Of a stretch of DNA of 64,000 nucleotides, positions 53,872-64,000 are shown piece by piece. Below the pieces are notes generated by a model. That model saw only the letters and a program-made list of their open reading frames with translations, was not told the DNA's origin and did not search any database. The position numbers and the translations under genes were made by a program. How positions within the stretch are numbered: position 1 is the stretch's first letter; every line of letters begins with the position of its first letter. The stretch is from NCBI GenBank assembly GCA_963823665.1, contig CAWGMQ010000008.1, positions 960,001 through 1,024,000 on the forward strand, in the 5' to 3' direction. The stretch is from an uncultured Planctomycetota bacterium. Its GTDB lineage: Bacteria; Planctomycetota; Planctomycetia; Isosphaerales; Isosphaeraceae.

Positions 53872-56851
53872 ATGGCGGCGAAGCTGGAGAATGCGGCGCT
53901 CGGCGAGATCGGAACGCTGTTCGCCGTTGGCACGATCGGAGGGCTGTCCGACGGCCATCTGATCGAGCAGTTTCTGTCCGGGCCTCCCGACCTGGCTGAA
54001 GCCGCGTTCGCGGCCTTGGTCGACCGCCACGGCGCGATGGTCATGGGGGTGTGCCGTCGTTTGCTCTCCGACCCCAACGACGCCGACGACGCTTTCCAGG
54101 CCACGTTCCTGGTGCTCGTCAGAAGGGCGCGCTCGATCGCACGGCGTGAGCTTCTGGCGAACTGGCTTTATGGGGTCGCTTTTCGGACTGCACGAGTGAC
54201 ACGGACTCGCGCCGCCCTGAGGCTCGCGAAGGAGAGACATGTGATTGACGTGCTCAGGACGAGGCCGACCCAGGAAGAGGAACGGTGCGGCGACTTGCTG
54301 GTGCTCCTGGACGAGGAGCTGAGCCGCTTGCCGGAGAAGTTTCAAATTCCCGTGGTGCTTTGCGAGCTGGAGGGGCGGTCGCGCAAGGAGGTCGCGCTGC
54401 GGTTGGGGATCGCCGAGGGTACGCTCTCCAGCCGTCTAGCCCGCGCCCGCGAGCTGTTGCGCAAGCGATTTGAAAGGCGGGGGCTCGCCTTGGGCGCAGG
54501 GGCGCTCGCCGCGGCCTTGCCACGCGAAGTGTCCGCCGCCGCGGTGCGGCCGGCGCTGGCAACAGCGACGGTCCAGGCAGCATTGCGGTACGCGACCGGC
54601 GGCGGCGTAAATCTGGTCAGTCGCAGCGCTCGCGGAAAGGGTTCTCAAGACCATGTTCCTCACCAAGTTGAACGTGGGCGCCCTTGCTCTGCTGGCTTGT
54701 TGCACGATTGCGGGCCTCTCGGCCCTGAGAGCGGTGCGGGCGCAGGCCGCTCGAGAGATGCGGCGCTCGGTGGGAGCCGTTGCTGCCGTTCAGAGTGCGA
54801 GCCCCCCGATCGCTCGCGACTCCGGCGGCGACGCCGCGGCCAAAGCAGAGAAGCCGCAGGCTGCCTGGGGTGACGGCGTCGTCGAGACCAAGGGCCGCGT
54901 TTTGACGCCGGACGGCAAGCCGGTCGCCGGTGCCAAGATCACGCTCTGGTGGTATGCCATCATTTCCCACGGGTGGCACCACCACAGCTTCCCCGAAGCT
55001 CGGCCCAAGCTCATCGCCACCACCGGACCCGACGGCATCGTTCCAGGCCCTCTTTCCGAAGTCCATCGTGGCCAACGCATTCTCCACGACTCAGATTCAG
55101 AAGCCGTGGAGGTGGGTGGAGGTCGTCGCAGCCGCCGCCGGGATACGGCCCGGCGTGGGGCTGGATTGATCGCGAGACCAACGAGTATACGCTGCTCGCT
55201 CGTCGAGGACGACGTCCCGGTGCGCGGCCGCGTCCTCGATCTCCAGGGCCGCCCGGTACTCGGAGCGAAGGTCTGGGTGGCTCAGCTAGACGAGAAACCG
55301 AATCGGACGATCTGGTCGCCGACCTGGAACGGGCTACCGGAAAGACCTCGAGACCGACAAGGACGGCCGCTTCGTGCTGACGGGGCTTGGCCGGAATCGA
55401 TCGGCGGTGATCCACATCAGCGGCCCCACGATCGAGCACAAGCTGCTCTACGTCTCGACCGCAGAAGGTCGTGAGCGGCAAGCCCGTCGACCACACGGAT
55501 GTCGAGATCGTCGCCGGGCCGAGCAAGCCGATTCAGGGCGTCGTCCGCGCCGCGGACACGGGACAGCCGCTGGCCGGGGTCTGGATCTACGGCGGTAATT
55601 TCGGCGGCGAGATCCCCAACGATAACATGCGCGGCATCCGGGCGATGACCGACGCGCAGGGGCACTTCCGATTGGAGGGAATGGCCAAAGGCAATTCCTA
55701 CAAGCTGAGGGTGTTCCCGCGGGACGACCAGCCGTACATCATGAAGGAATTGACTATCGGGGATACCCAGGGGCTCGCGCCGGTCGAGACCGAGATCAAG
55801 CTGACTGCGCGGCGTGCTGGTACGCTTCCGGCTGGTCGACAAGGCGACGGGCCAGCCGAAGCTGGCCATGGCGCGATACACCCCCTACGACGACAACGGC
55901 TTCTTCTCGGACAACGTCCTGAGGAACCAGTTCTTCCACCGCTCGGCCTCGGCGGACGAGCGCGGCATCTACAGCCTCGTCGTCCCGACCGGCACCGGGG
56001 CTGATCACGGCCTTCGTCGGAGATGGGAGCTACGTGCCGGCCCGGGTGCGGGATGCCGATCGGGCGAAGTACCCGCTCGTCGACCGCAAACGCTCGTATG
56101 CCTCGATGATGGTCCACTCCATCTGCCACGGCTACCAGCATGCTCGACCTCAAGATCGACGACCAGCCGGAGGTCTTCGACATCGAGCTCGACCCGGGCC
56201 GCAAGATTGATCGGCACGCTCGTCGGGCCAGATCGACAAGCCGGCGACCGGCGTGTCGGCCTACGGGCTGCTTGGGCGCGTCGACCCGCGATGGCAAGGG
56301 CGTCGGCATCGACCTGGTCGCGGGATCGTTTTCCGTGGAGGGGCTCGACCCCGAGCGGGAAGCGCCACGGACGATCCTCTTCGTTCAGAAGGACCGCGGC
56401 CTGATCGGCCGAGCCGCCCTCCGCGGCGACGAGCCGGGGCCGGTCCAGGTGCGACTCGACCGCTGGGCATCGGCGACCGGACGGCTGGTCGGCAAAGACG
56501 GCAAGCCGCGCCGCGAGGCGACATTGCGACATCGTGCTTCGTCGTTCCCTTCGCCCCAGCTCCTCACCGACGCCAAGGGGCATTCTGCTCCCGACAGCGA
56601 AGGGAAGCCGTGGCCCCATCCCGTGCAGACCGACAACGAGGGACGATTCCGCATCGACGGGCTTGCTCCAGACATGGCGTACGAGCTGGTCCTCGTGACG
56701 CCCGTGAAGAAAGAGGTCTTCATGGTGGGCGAGGCGAGGACGGTCGAGACGCGCCGTCTCGTCGACCGCTGGCGACCCGATCAAAGGGCAGAGCCTCGCG
56801 CCCGGCGAGATCCGGGAGCTCGCGACCGTTCGCGTGGACGGCCCGCAATGA
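53872..56851 (+). CDS. ECF sigma factor with a long C-terminal extension (ECF57-like; carboxypeptidase-regulatory-like beta domains), heavily frameshifted
   Basis: LSDGHLIEQF, AFAALVDRHGAMVMGVCRR, DADDAFQATFLVL, VVLCELEG, GTLSSRLARAR; then a TM segment and GRVLTPDGKPVAGA / TDxxGRF repeats; ends [16 protein letters not shown]. Confidence 0.85.
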
Positions 56852-58257
56852 TTGGCCACGACACATCCGCCCACGAGCCACTGCCGGGTGCCTGCTGCCG
56901 CACCGGCTGGGATCGGTACGTCCCGGGCCCGGATGCATCCCTGGAACCTGGCGCGAGTTGTTCATCTGCACCGTCGCGCCGGCTTCGCGGCGACCTGGTC
57001 CGAGCTCCAACGCGATCTCCGCGAGCGGGCCGGACCGGTGCATCGACCGGCTGCTGTCGGGGACGGCCCGTGCCGAGGGGGTGCCGGCGGACTTCGCACC
57101 GTCGCTGACAAGCTGGTGGAACGTGCCGGGACGGATATCGACCGCCTCAAGGCGTGGTGGGTCTATCGCATGGTCGCGGGGCCCGACCCGCTCGGCGAGC
57201 GGCTGGCTCTGTTCTGGCATGACCACTTCGCCACCAGCGCGGCCAAGGTCGGGCCGGTGGTCCGCCGCCAGAATGAGATCTTTCGCGAGTTCGGCCGCGC
57301 CCCTTACGGCGAGCTGCTGAACGCGGGTCGTCCACGATCCGGCGCTGCTCCTCTGGCTCGATGCCCACGGAGAACACGCGTGGGCGGCCCAACGAGAATC
57401 TGGCCCGCGAGCTGATGGAGCTGTTCACGCTCGGCGTGGGGAACTACACCGAGACCGACGTGAAGGCAGCGGCGCGGGCCCTGACCGGCTGGACAGTCGC
57501 AGGACGGCCGATTCCGCGATGACCCGGTCCGCCATGACGACGGGGAGAAGACCATCCTGGCTCATCGCGGGCGCTGGCGAGGCGATGACCTGATCGCGAT
57601 GCTCCTCGACCACCCGGCGACGTCCCGTCGACTGGCGGAGCGGATCTGCCGGCTCTTGCTGGGCGAGGCCGCGGTTGCGGAGGATGATGTCGCGGCGCTG
57701 GCCGCCGGTCTTCGCGAACGACATCTCGACGTCGGCTGGGCCATCGAGACGGTACTCCGCTCGCGCCGGTTCTTCGCGATGGAAAACCTGGGCCGGCGGA
57801 TCTCCGGGCCGCCGGAGTTCGTCGTCGGGGCAGTCCGGGCCCTGGAGGTCTTCGACCCGCTCCCCAACACGCTGGTCCTGGCCGAGTGGGCCGAGTCGTT
57901 GGGCCAGGATCTCTTCTATCCGCCGAGTGTCGGGGGTTGGGCTGGCGGCCGCGCCTGGCTGACGACCCGCGGGTGCGATCGGCCGCGCCCGGTTCGCGGC
58001 CGACCTCGTCGCCGGGCGGCCGGTCGGGTTGCTCAAGCCCGTCGATGCCCAAGCTCTTGCAGCACGCCACGGCCGCGGTGGAGGGCTCTGCGACCAGGTT
58101 GCATTCTTCGCCGAGCTGCTCACAGGAATCGCTCCATCTCCCCGATGGTGCGACCGGGTTGTCGAGGCCGTCTCCCGCTCGCGTGCTCGTGCAGCCCGAG
58201 GCGGCGCGGCGTGCCGTCGCCCTGATCCTCGCCTCGCCTGAGGCCCAGTTGATCTGA
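56848..58257 (+). CDS. DUF1800 family protein with multiple frameshifts
   Basis: [69 protein letters not shown] overlap with the ECF fusion. Confidence 0.88.
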
Positions 58258-58306
58258 AGACAAATTCATATCTCTACCGTTTCCTTCCTCGAGCGGAGGA
58301 CCTCCC

Positions 58307-59537
58307 TTGAGCTCACGACGATCGTTTCTCAAGTCAACTGCGCTGGTGGCGTTATCGCCGAGCGTTCCCGCGTTCCTCGATCGTACGGCACGCGCCGCTT
58401 CCGCGCGACGCGACGAACAGATCCTGGTCGTCGTCCAGCTCACGGGGGGCAACGACGGAATCAATACCGTCGTACCCTACGCAGACGAAGGCTATGCGCG
58501 GCATCGCAACGTACTGCGCTTGCCGACGAAGGATCTCCTGCGGATCGATGACCCGGCTGGGACTGCATCCGGCGATGGGCGCCATGGCCAAGCTGCTCGA
58601 GCGCGGGCGGCTCACAATCATCCAGGGGGTCGGGTACCCCAACCCGAATCGGTCGCACTTCCAGAGCATGGCCTACTGGCACACCGCCCGGTTCGACCCT
58701 CGGACCGACGGTTCGCGGCCGGACCAGGGCGGGATCAACGATCTTGGGTGGTTGGGCCGCGCGCTCGACGTGCAGTCCTCGCCGCAGGACAAGGCGCCGG
58801 CATCGGTCTTCGTCGGGCTCAAGTCTCCCTCGCTCGCGATGCGCGGGGCACGCGCCGCAACCGCGTCATTCGACGGACTCGACGAGCTGATCCTCCCCCC
58901 GGCCGTCGACGCGACGATCATCCGGGACGGCGGCCGGCCGGAGGACGACCTGGATGCTTTTGTCCGGCGCAGCCTGGTCGATGCCTACACTTTGGCTGAC
59001 GTGCTGGCGGCGTCGTCTCGCGATCGGAGCCCTGACGCTGTCTACCCCTCGAGCACGTTGGCCGGGCGGCTCCGGCTGGTTGGCCGGCTGATCAAGGCCG
59101 ACTTCGGCGCCCGCGTTTACTACGTCGAACACGGCGACGGCGGGCTGTCCTATGACACGCACTCCGGGCAGCTTCCCCACCACGAGCGGATGCTGGACGA
59201 GTTGTCCGGGGCGCTGGGGGCTTTTCAGTCCGACCTGGAGAGCTCGGGTTTGGCGGACCGCGCAGTTGTCCTCGTCTTCAGCGAGTTCGGCCGGCGCGTC
59301 GCCGAGAACGCCAGCCACGGGACGGACCACGGCACGGCGGCGCCGGTGTTCTTGATCGGCGGCGCCATTCGCGGCGGCCTGGCCGGCGTGACGCCCAGCC
59401 TGACCGATCTCGAGGACGGCGACCTGAAGATGAGCGTCGACTTCCGACGCGTCTATGCCGCCATCCTGGAGCACTGGCTCGGGTTGCCCTCGCAAGAGCC
59501 GCTCGGCGGAGCGTTCGAGCCGCTTCTGCTCTTCTGA
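58307..59537 (+). CDS. DUF1501 family protein with a Tat signal, frameshift near 58552
   Basis: SSRRSFLK; LVVVQLTGGNDGINT; GVGYPNPNRSHF; YDTH; FSEFGRR; GTDHG; VDFRRVYA. Confidence 0.9.
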
Positions 59538-59734
59538 GGCCAAGCGCCGCGGAGAGTTTAGCTCACGAATTTCAGGTCGCCTCTGCGCCCGGGGTTCGGT
59601 GTCGTCCTTGAAGAACGAGGGTGGCGAAAACGAGCGCGACGTGGAACTTGGAAAACAGCACGAGCGAGTGCGCGCCGGCTCGTGGTAAGATCGCGCTCAC
59701 CTTTCGTCCTTCGAGATATCGGTGAGAACGTCTC

Positions 59735-60706
59735 ATGCGGCTGCGCGCCGATCTGGATTCGCACCACTTCCCGCGCCGGGTGCTGGTCGTCGAGCCCTCA
59801 CGAAGCGAGTGCTCGCGGCTGTGCAGCATCCTTGCGGCCGGCGAGATGGAAGCGTTCCCGGCGGGTGACCTGGTGACGGCGGTTCAAGCGGTCGAGATCT
59901 TCCAGCCCGATCTCATCCTGTCGCAGCTTCGTTTGCCGACGCACGACGGTCTGGCTCTTGTTCAGCGAGTGAAGGAGCAGGACGCGACGCGGCTGGTGCC
60001 GGTGATTCTTTACGGCGATCGCACGACAACCGAGGAACGAACCACCGCGCTCGATCTGGGAGCGCTCGACCTGATCACGGAACCGTTCGTGACTGCCGAG
60101 CTGCTCGCTCGGGTTCGCGCGGCGCTCAAGCTGCGTCGAACGTTCTCGATTCTCGAACAGCAGTCTCAACGGGACCACCTGACCGGGCTGGCCAACCGCA
60201 CGGTGCTCGAAGACCATCTTGCCCGGGCCTGGCACGCCTATCAGAGCCGCGGCGTCGCCCTGGCCGTGATCATCGTCGACCTGGATCATTTCAAGTCGAT
60301 CAATGACACATATGGCCATTCAGCCGGTGACGAAGTTCTGCGCGTCGCTTCGACGCTCCTGACCGGTTCAGTGCGAAGCAGTGATCTGGTCGCGCGCTAC
60401 GGCGGCGAAGAGCTCGTCGTGGTCGCGTCCGACTGCTCGGCGCCGATTGGCTTGGCCCTGGCGGAGCGCTTCCGGAGTCGACTGGCCTGGCAGGGGGTTC
60501 TCGCGGGCGGGAAAGAAATCACCGTCACCGCCAGCGCGGGCGTCGCCGTGGCCGACCGGAGCGAGCAAAGCGGTCCGGGAGACCTCGTTCGTCATGCAGA
60601 CGAAGCTCTTTACCAGGCCAAACGATCGGGCAGGAACGCTGTGCGAATACACAACTCATTGGAGCTTCAGGGGAAGCAGACAGAGATCCTCGGCGCCAAC
60701 CTTTAA
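59735..60706 (+). CDS. Receiver-domain diguanylate cyclase (REC-GGDEF) with an atypical receiver
   Basis: DHLTGLANR, DLDHFKSINDTYGH..GD, RSSD I-site, RYGGEEL, ADEALYQAKRSGRN. Confidence 0.92.
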   Translation: MRLRADLDSHHFPRRVLVVEPSRSECSRLCSILAAGEMEAFPAGDLVTAVQAVEIFQPDLILSQLRLPTHDGLALVQRVKEQDATRLVPVILYGDRTTTEERTTALDLGALDLITEPFVTAELLARVRAALKLRRTFSILEQQSQRDHLTGLANRTVLEDHLARAWHAYQSRGVALAVIIVDLDHFKSINDTYGHSAGDEVLRVASTLLTGSVRSSDLVARYGGEELVVVASDCSAPIGLALAERFRSRLAWQGVLAGGKEITVTASAGVAVADRSEQSGPGDLVRHADEALYQAKRSGRNAVRIHNSLELQGKQTEILGANL

Positions 60707-60826
60707 GCTGGCGTCCATTTCGGCTTTTAGATATTCTACCCTCGCCACTCCTCAACTCATCTTCGTCACTGTATTGCTGATTGCGATGAACGACTCGCCG
60801 TCGAAGCTCCGAAAGGAGGCGAGACC

Positions 60827-62113
60827 GTGCTTTCGCTTCGTTCCGTGGTGCGTACGTCGAAATGCAGCGCCGCAGCCGGTCTCGCCGCAGCCGCCATGTT
60901 CATCTCACTGACCCTCGCTGCGTCGCCGGTGCCCAAGGGCGAACGCATTCTAGAGCTGACATTCCAGGTTGTCGACGCCGAATCTGGAAATCCGGTTGCC
61001 GGCGTGCGCGTCGGCGTGATTTACCCCTATCCGGATGAACTAGTTCGACCCTCCTTCGGAACAACCCAGGCCGATGGCAGCGCTCACTTCAGTCATTTGT
61101 TCCTCGTGGGCGAAGTACGGAGCCTCGTTCCGGACTCAGCATCCTTTCTCGGGGACGGTCACTTTTTCCGCGATCTGCTCTCGGGTGGTCACCACCTCTC
61201 GCTTTATGCGTGCCAGAGCGCTTTTACGGTTCGCGCCCCCAAGGGATGGCACTATGAGAACACACGCCACGTGTGTTACGGCGACCGCTGGCTGGAGGTT
61301 GCGGCACCCGGCTACCGGCGCTTGGCGATTCCGCTGACTTTGTTCATCGGCGAAATCGGAAATCTCGATGCCCCGACCCCTCCCCGCATCAAAGTCGAGT
61401 TGCATCGGGGCGATTCGCCGGCGGATTCCTTGGACGAGTGGGCAGGCGAATACAACGGGATGAACAGCGTTCGATATGCCAAGCTTCGAATCCTCGCGGA
61501 CGGGAGGTTCGCGTGGACGGCTGGCAGCGGCGACTTCAAGGACGAAGACTTCGGCTATGCGGCCGAGTGCGACGACGAGTTCAAATTCCTACCGGAACAC
61601 CGTGTTTACGCCTTCAAGAACGATCGGTTTTCCCCCGTGACGTGGGGAGCGCGTCGGTACATTATCGAGCTCACGGGGCTGAAAGCGTTTTGCGAGACGG
61701 TGCGCGAGGGTAAGGTCTGCGACTGTCATTTCGGCCGAATTGGCAGCGTGTATTTGCGAATCGGTGATGAGAAGGTGAAACCGCAAGGGCTTCCCGAGTT
61801 GCCCAGGAAATGGGCGAGTTTCCTGCTTCAGGGCCCGATCGTGGGCAAGATCGAGATGGTCTACGCAGACCGCTCCGCAAAGGTAAGCCTGGGCCGTATT
61901 GATGGTGTGCTGGACGGGATGGTTTTCACCGCGCACGGCATCGAGACCCGTCCATGCCAACAAGTCGAGGTCGTCCAGGTAAATGCCGATTGTTGCATCG
62001 TCAGGCCCTGTCGCTCCGATTCCGACGCGCCGGGATCAGTGTCGCCTGGTGACCGCCTGACCGTGCCGTTTGAGGGCGACGGTTGGCCGCGGGGTGATCA
62101 TTCCGGGCACTGA
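60827..62113 (+). CDS. Hypothetical secreted protein
   Basis: AAGGAGG RBS; signal-like N-terminus; VVDAESGNPVAGVRV beta domain; C-terminal LGRIDGVLDGM. Confidence 0.65.
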   Translation: MLSLRSVVRTSKCSAAAGLAAAAMFISLTLAASPVPKGERILELTFQVVDAESGNPVAGVRVGVIYPYPDELVRPSFGTTQADGSAHFSHLFLVGEVRSLVPDSASFLGDGHFFRDLLSGGHHLSLYACQSAFTVRAPKGWHYENTRHVCYGDRWLEVAAPGYRRLAIPLTLFIGEIGNLDAPTPPRIKVELHRGDSPADSLDEWAGEYNGMNSVRYAKLRILADGRFAWTAGSGDFKDEDFGYAAECDDEFKFLPEHRVYAFKNDRFSPVTWGARRYIIELTGLKAFCETVREGKVCDCHFGRIGSVYLRIGDEKVKPQGLPELPRKWASFLLQGPIVGKIEMVYADRSAKVSLGRIDGVLDGMVFTAHGIETRPCQQVEVVQVNADCCIVRPCRSDSDAPGSVSPGDRLTVPFEGDGWPRGDHSGH

Positions 62114-62339
62114 CCATTGCCGCGCTCCCCGGTCCGCCGATTCCAAGCAGCTTTCGGCGCTCGAGCCGATTCGTTCGAGGATTCCGGATAGATCGGCCGA
62201 ACTGACGGCCCTGCCGTTGTTGAAGCACGCGCTTAGCAGATGCAGCCCCCCGTCATCTGCGTCATCTGCGTCATCGCACGCCTCCGATCTTCCACATTGT
62301 AGCGATCGTTCCATTTATGCGTCTGCCGGCTGTGCGCCC

Positions 62340-62395
62340 GTAGGTCCGGCACACCTGCCGGACGCCAGCGCGTAGGTTCGGCACTCCCGCCGGAC
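62340..62395 (+). repeat. Two tandem GTAG-type REP elements
   Basis: GTAG-GTCCGGCA-CACC-TGCCGGAC (62340-62363) and GTAG-GTTCGGCA-CTCC-CGCCGGAC (62372-62395), between convergent genes. Confidence 0.7.
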
Positions 62396-62456
62396 GGTCG
62401 ATGCGCTCGGCGCACCACCTTCAACGCGATTGAGGCGAGTTCGGTCCGAGGCCGGA

Positions 62457-63311
62457 TTATCGCGTCCCGATATCGCGCAATTCGGGGAACAGTCCCAGCA
62501 GCTTCGCGTTCAGCAGTTTCCTGCGTGACTTGTACCTCTCGTTGAAGCAGCCCCGCTTCTCTTGCAAGGCATTCTGCCTCTTCCGGACCGTCTCCGCGCT
62601 GTCGGTCAGATCGCGCTCGCCACAAGTCGTGCCCGACGTCGTTCGCTCGTCTCGAATCGCCATGAGCCTCTTGTAGAAGCCCGCTAGCCGCTGAGGGTCT
62701 GCTAACATCTCTTCGGGCCGAACAGCCGCGAGCCCGAAAAGCCGCGGGTGGAAGCCGTTGACGAACGACTCCCGGCGGGGCCATCGGAGCAGGTCCTTGC
62801 CGAGTCGAGAGTAATAGTGCGTGAGCGTCACTCGGCAACGGTTCGCAGGCTCCTTATCGCCGTTGTAAATCCGGAACAACAGTTCCCAGCTCCGCACCCT
62901 CCGAGCATCGAGCATTGAGTCCAGCATCGCTTCGAGCAAACGACAACCTTGGCGATACCGCCCCATGAAGTACAGGAGCGGTACGTGAAGGTGCTCGAAC
63001 CAGGCCACTTCATCCAGCGGCCACGTCTGACGCCGGCGATCGATCCGACGTCCCAGGGCAACCTCTTCCCATCGCCGGAGCTGTCGCCACGCAGTCTGGT
63101 ATTGCCTGAGCTCACACAGTGCTTCTATTTCGAACCAGGACGTAAAGATCCCCGCGGCACGGCCTTGGCCACGAGTGGCGTGGCGGCGTATCTGGCGGCT
63201 GGCGGTGACGACGCGCTCATACGCACCGCTCGTGCTCAGTTGGCAGAGATAGAGCTGGTACAGCCGCTTGGCGTCTTCGTTGATTCGCCATAGGTCGGGG
63301 ATAATGCGCAT
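62457..63311 (-). CDS. Hypothetical Arg-rich helical protein
   Basis: Long ORF starting MRIIPDLW and ending LLGLFPEL; no family recognised. Confidence 0.55.
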   Translation of the reverse strand: MRIIPDLWRINEDAKRLYQLYLCQLSTSGAYERVVTASRQIRRHATRGQGRAAGIFTSWFEIEALCELRQYQTAWRQLRRWEEVALGRRIDRRRQTWPLDEVAWFEHLHVPLLYFMGRYRQGCRLLEAMLDSMLDARRVRSWELLFRIYNGDKEPANRCRVTLTHYYSRLGKDLLRWPRRESFVNGFHPRLFGLAAVRPEEMLADPQRLAGFYKRLMAIRDERTTSGTTCGERDLTDSAETVRKRQNALQEKRGCFNERYKSRRKLLNAKLLGLFPELRDIGTR

Positions 63312-64000
63312 GGTACTCGCACCTGAGGGCGCGGTGACGTGGTGTGTGGTCTGCGGCCTTCGGTCCAACGAACAAACCGGCCGACCACTTGGACGCGAGG
63401 CGGAATGAATAACCCGCAAGGAATCTGCGTCTTTCAGTATGGCGGTGATTCTACAGGAGAAGAGCCTTGCACGCACGTCGCCTGCTTCTGGAATCAAGGA
63501 AGAGTCTCAGCAGCCCGGCAACGGCCTGCGTCCCAGGATTCCGGCGACTGCCGGCACAAATCCCGATCATTCAGAGATTCGGGGTAATGAGAAATCCGTT
63601 CGGTTCCAGAATAGACGGGCTGACTTCGATGAAGAAATAGAACGGCTCGTTTACAAATTGGAGAGTTTCTAGACCACGCATGCAAGCCTTCCCTTCGTCG
63701 CGCCGTCGATGGCATCTGCTCCTTGTCCGACCAAGTACGCGGGCGCTGTTGCTTCTCGTGGTTTTCGTCGCGCTCGGGCTGGGCTGGGTCGTTCACCGTG
63801 CCCATTCGCAGCGAGATGCTGTCGCCGCGATCAAACGCGCTGGAGCTGGAGTGTGGTATGACTGGCAGTGCACCAATGGCATTCGCGACGAGAACGGAAA
63901 GCCACCGGTTCCCCGATGGTTGGCTGATTTCGTTGGGGCCGACTATTTCGGCGATGCAGTCTACGTCATCTCTCAAACACGGAAAACCGTGGATAGCGTG

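Noticed and set aside
54600..58600. Programmed ribosomal frameshifting or phase variation
   Set aside because: Too many shifts per gene, and they are not at consistent slippery sites or long homopolymers
63494..63976. 160-aa minus-strand ORF
   Set aside because: No recognisable motif, at the window edge, and cannot be told apart from a spurious ORF

Overview
This is a GC-rich bacterial chromosomal window. Its gene content points to a planctomycete, probably Isosphaeraceae-like (inference): a DUF1559 prepilin-type/H-X9-DG protein, ECF sigma factor-Ser/Thr kinase pairs, an ECF sigma fused to a long C-terminal extension, a DUF1800-DUF1501 pair, an LEPR-XLL/FG-GAP surface protein and a PEP-CTERM/HAF protein. 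Intact core genes include serS, mgtE, ilvA, an M20 dipeptidase, a RutE-like nitroreductase, a thioesterase and an amidohydrolase. A TolC/MFP/RND efflux locus has its RND gene split by a complete ~1.67 kb DDE insertion sequence with perfect terminal inverted repeats and a target duplication. Many accessory genes carry single-base frameshifts or in-frame stops, very densely at 43-59 kb. These may be assembly errors rather than true pseudogenes. The best candidates for something undescribed are: (1) a promoter-bearing two-gene module of a papain-like cysteine protease plus an unknown partner; (2) a ~120-nt rod-like structured RNA leader at 11.5-11.6 kb; (3) a secreted protein with an unrecognised duplicated domain and Gly/acidic repeat tails, co-oriented with a serine protease; (4) a small-protein plus retropepsin pair; and (5) a TPR-kinase / Cys-rich secreted protein / FG-GAP cluster. 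No rRNA, tRNA or CRISPR array was seen. All family calls come from motif recognition by eye, not from database searches.
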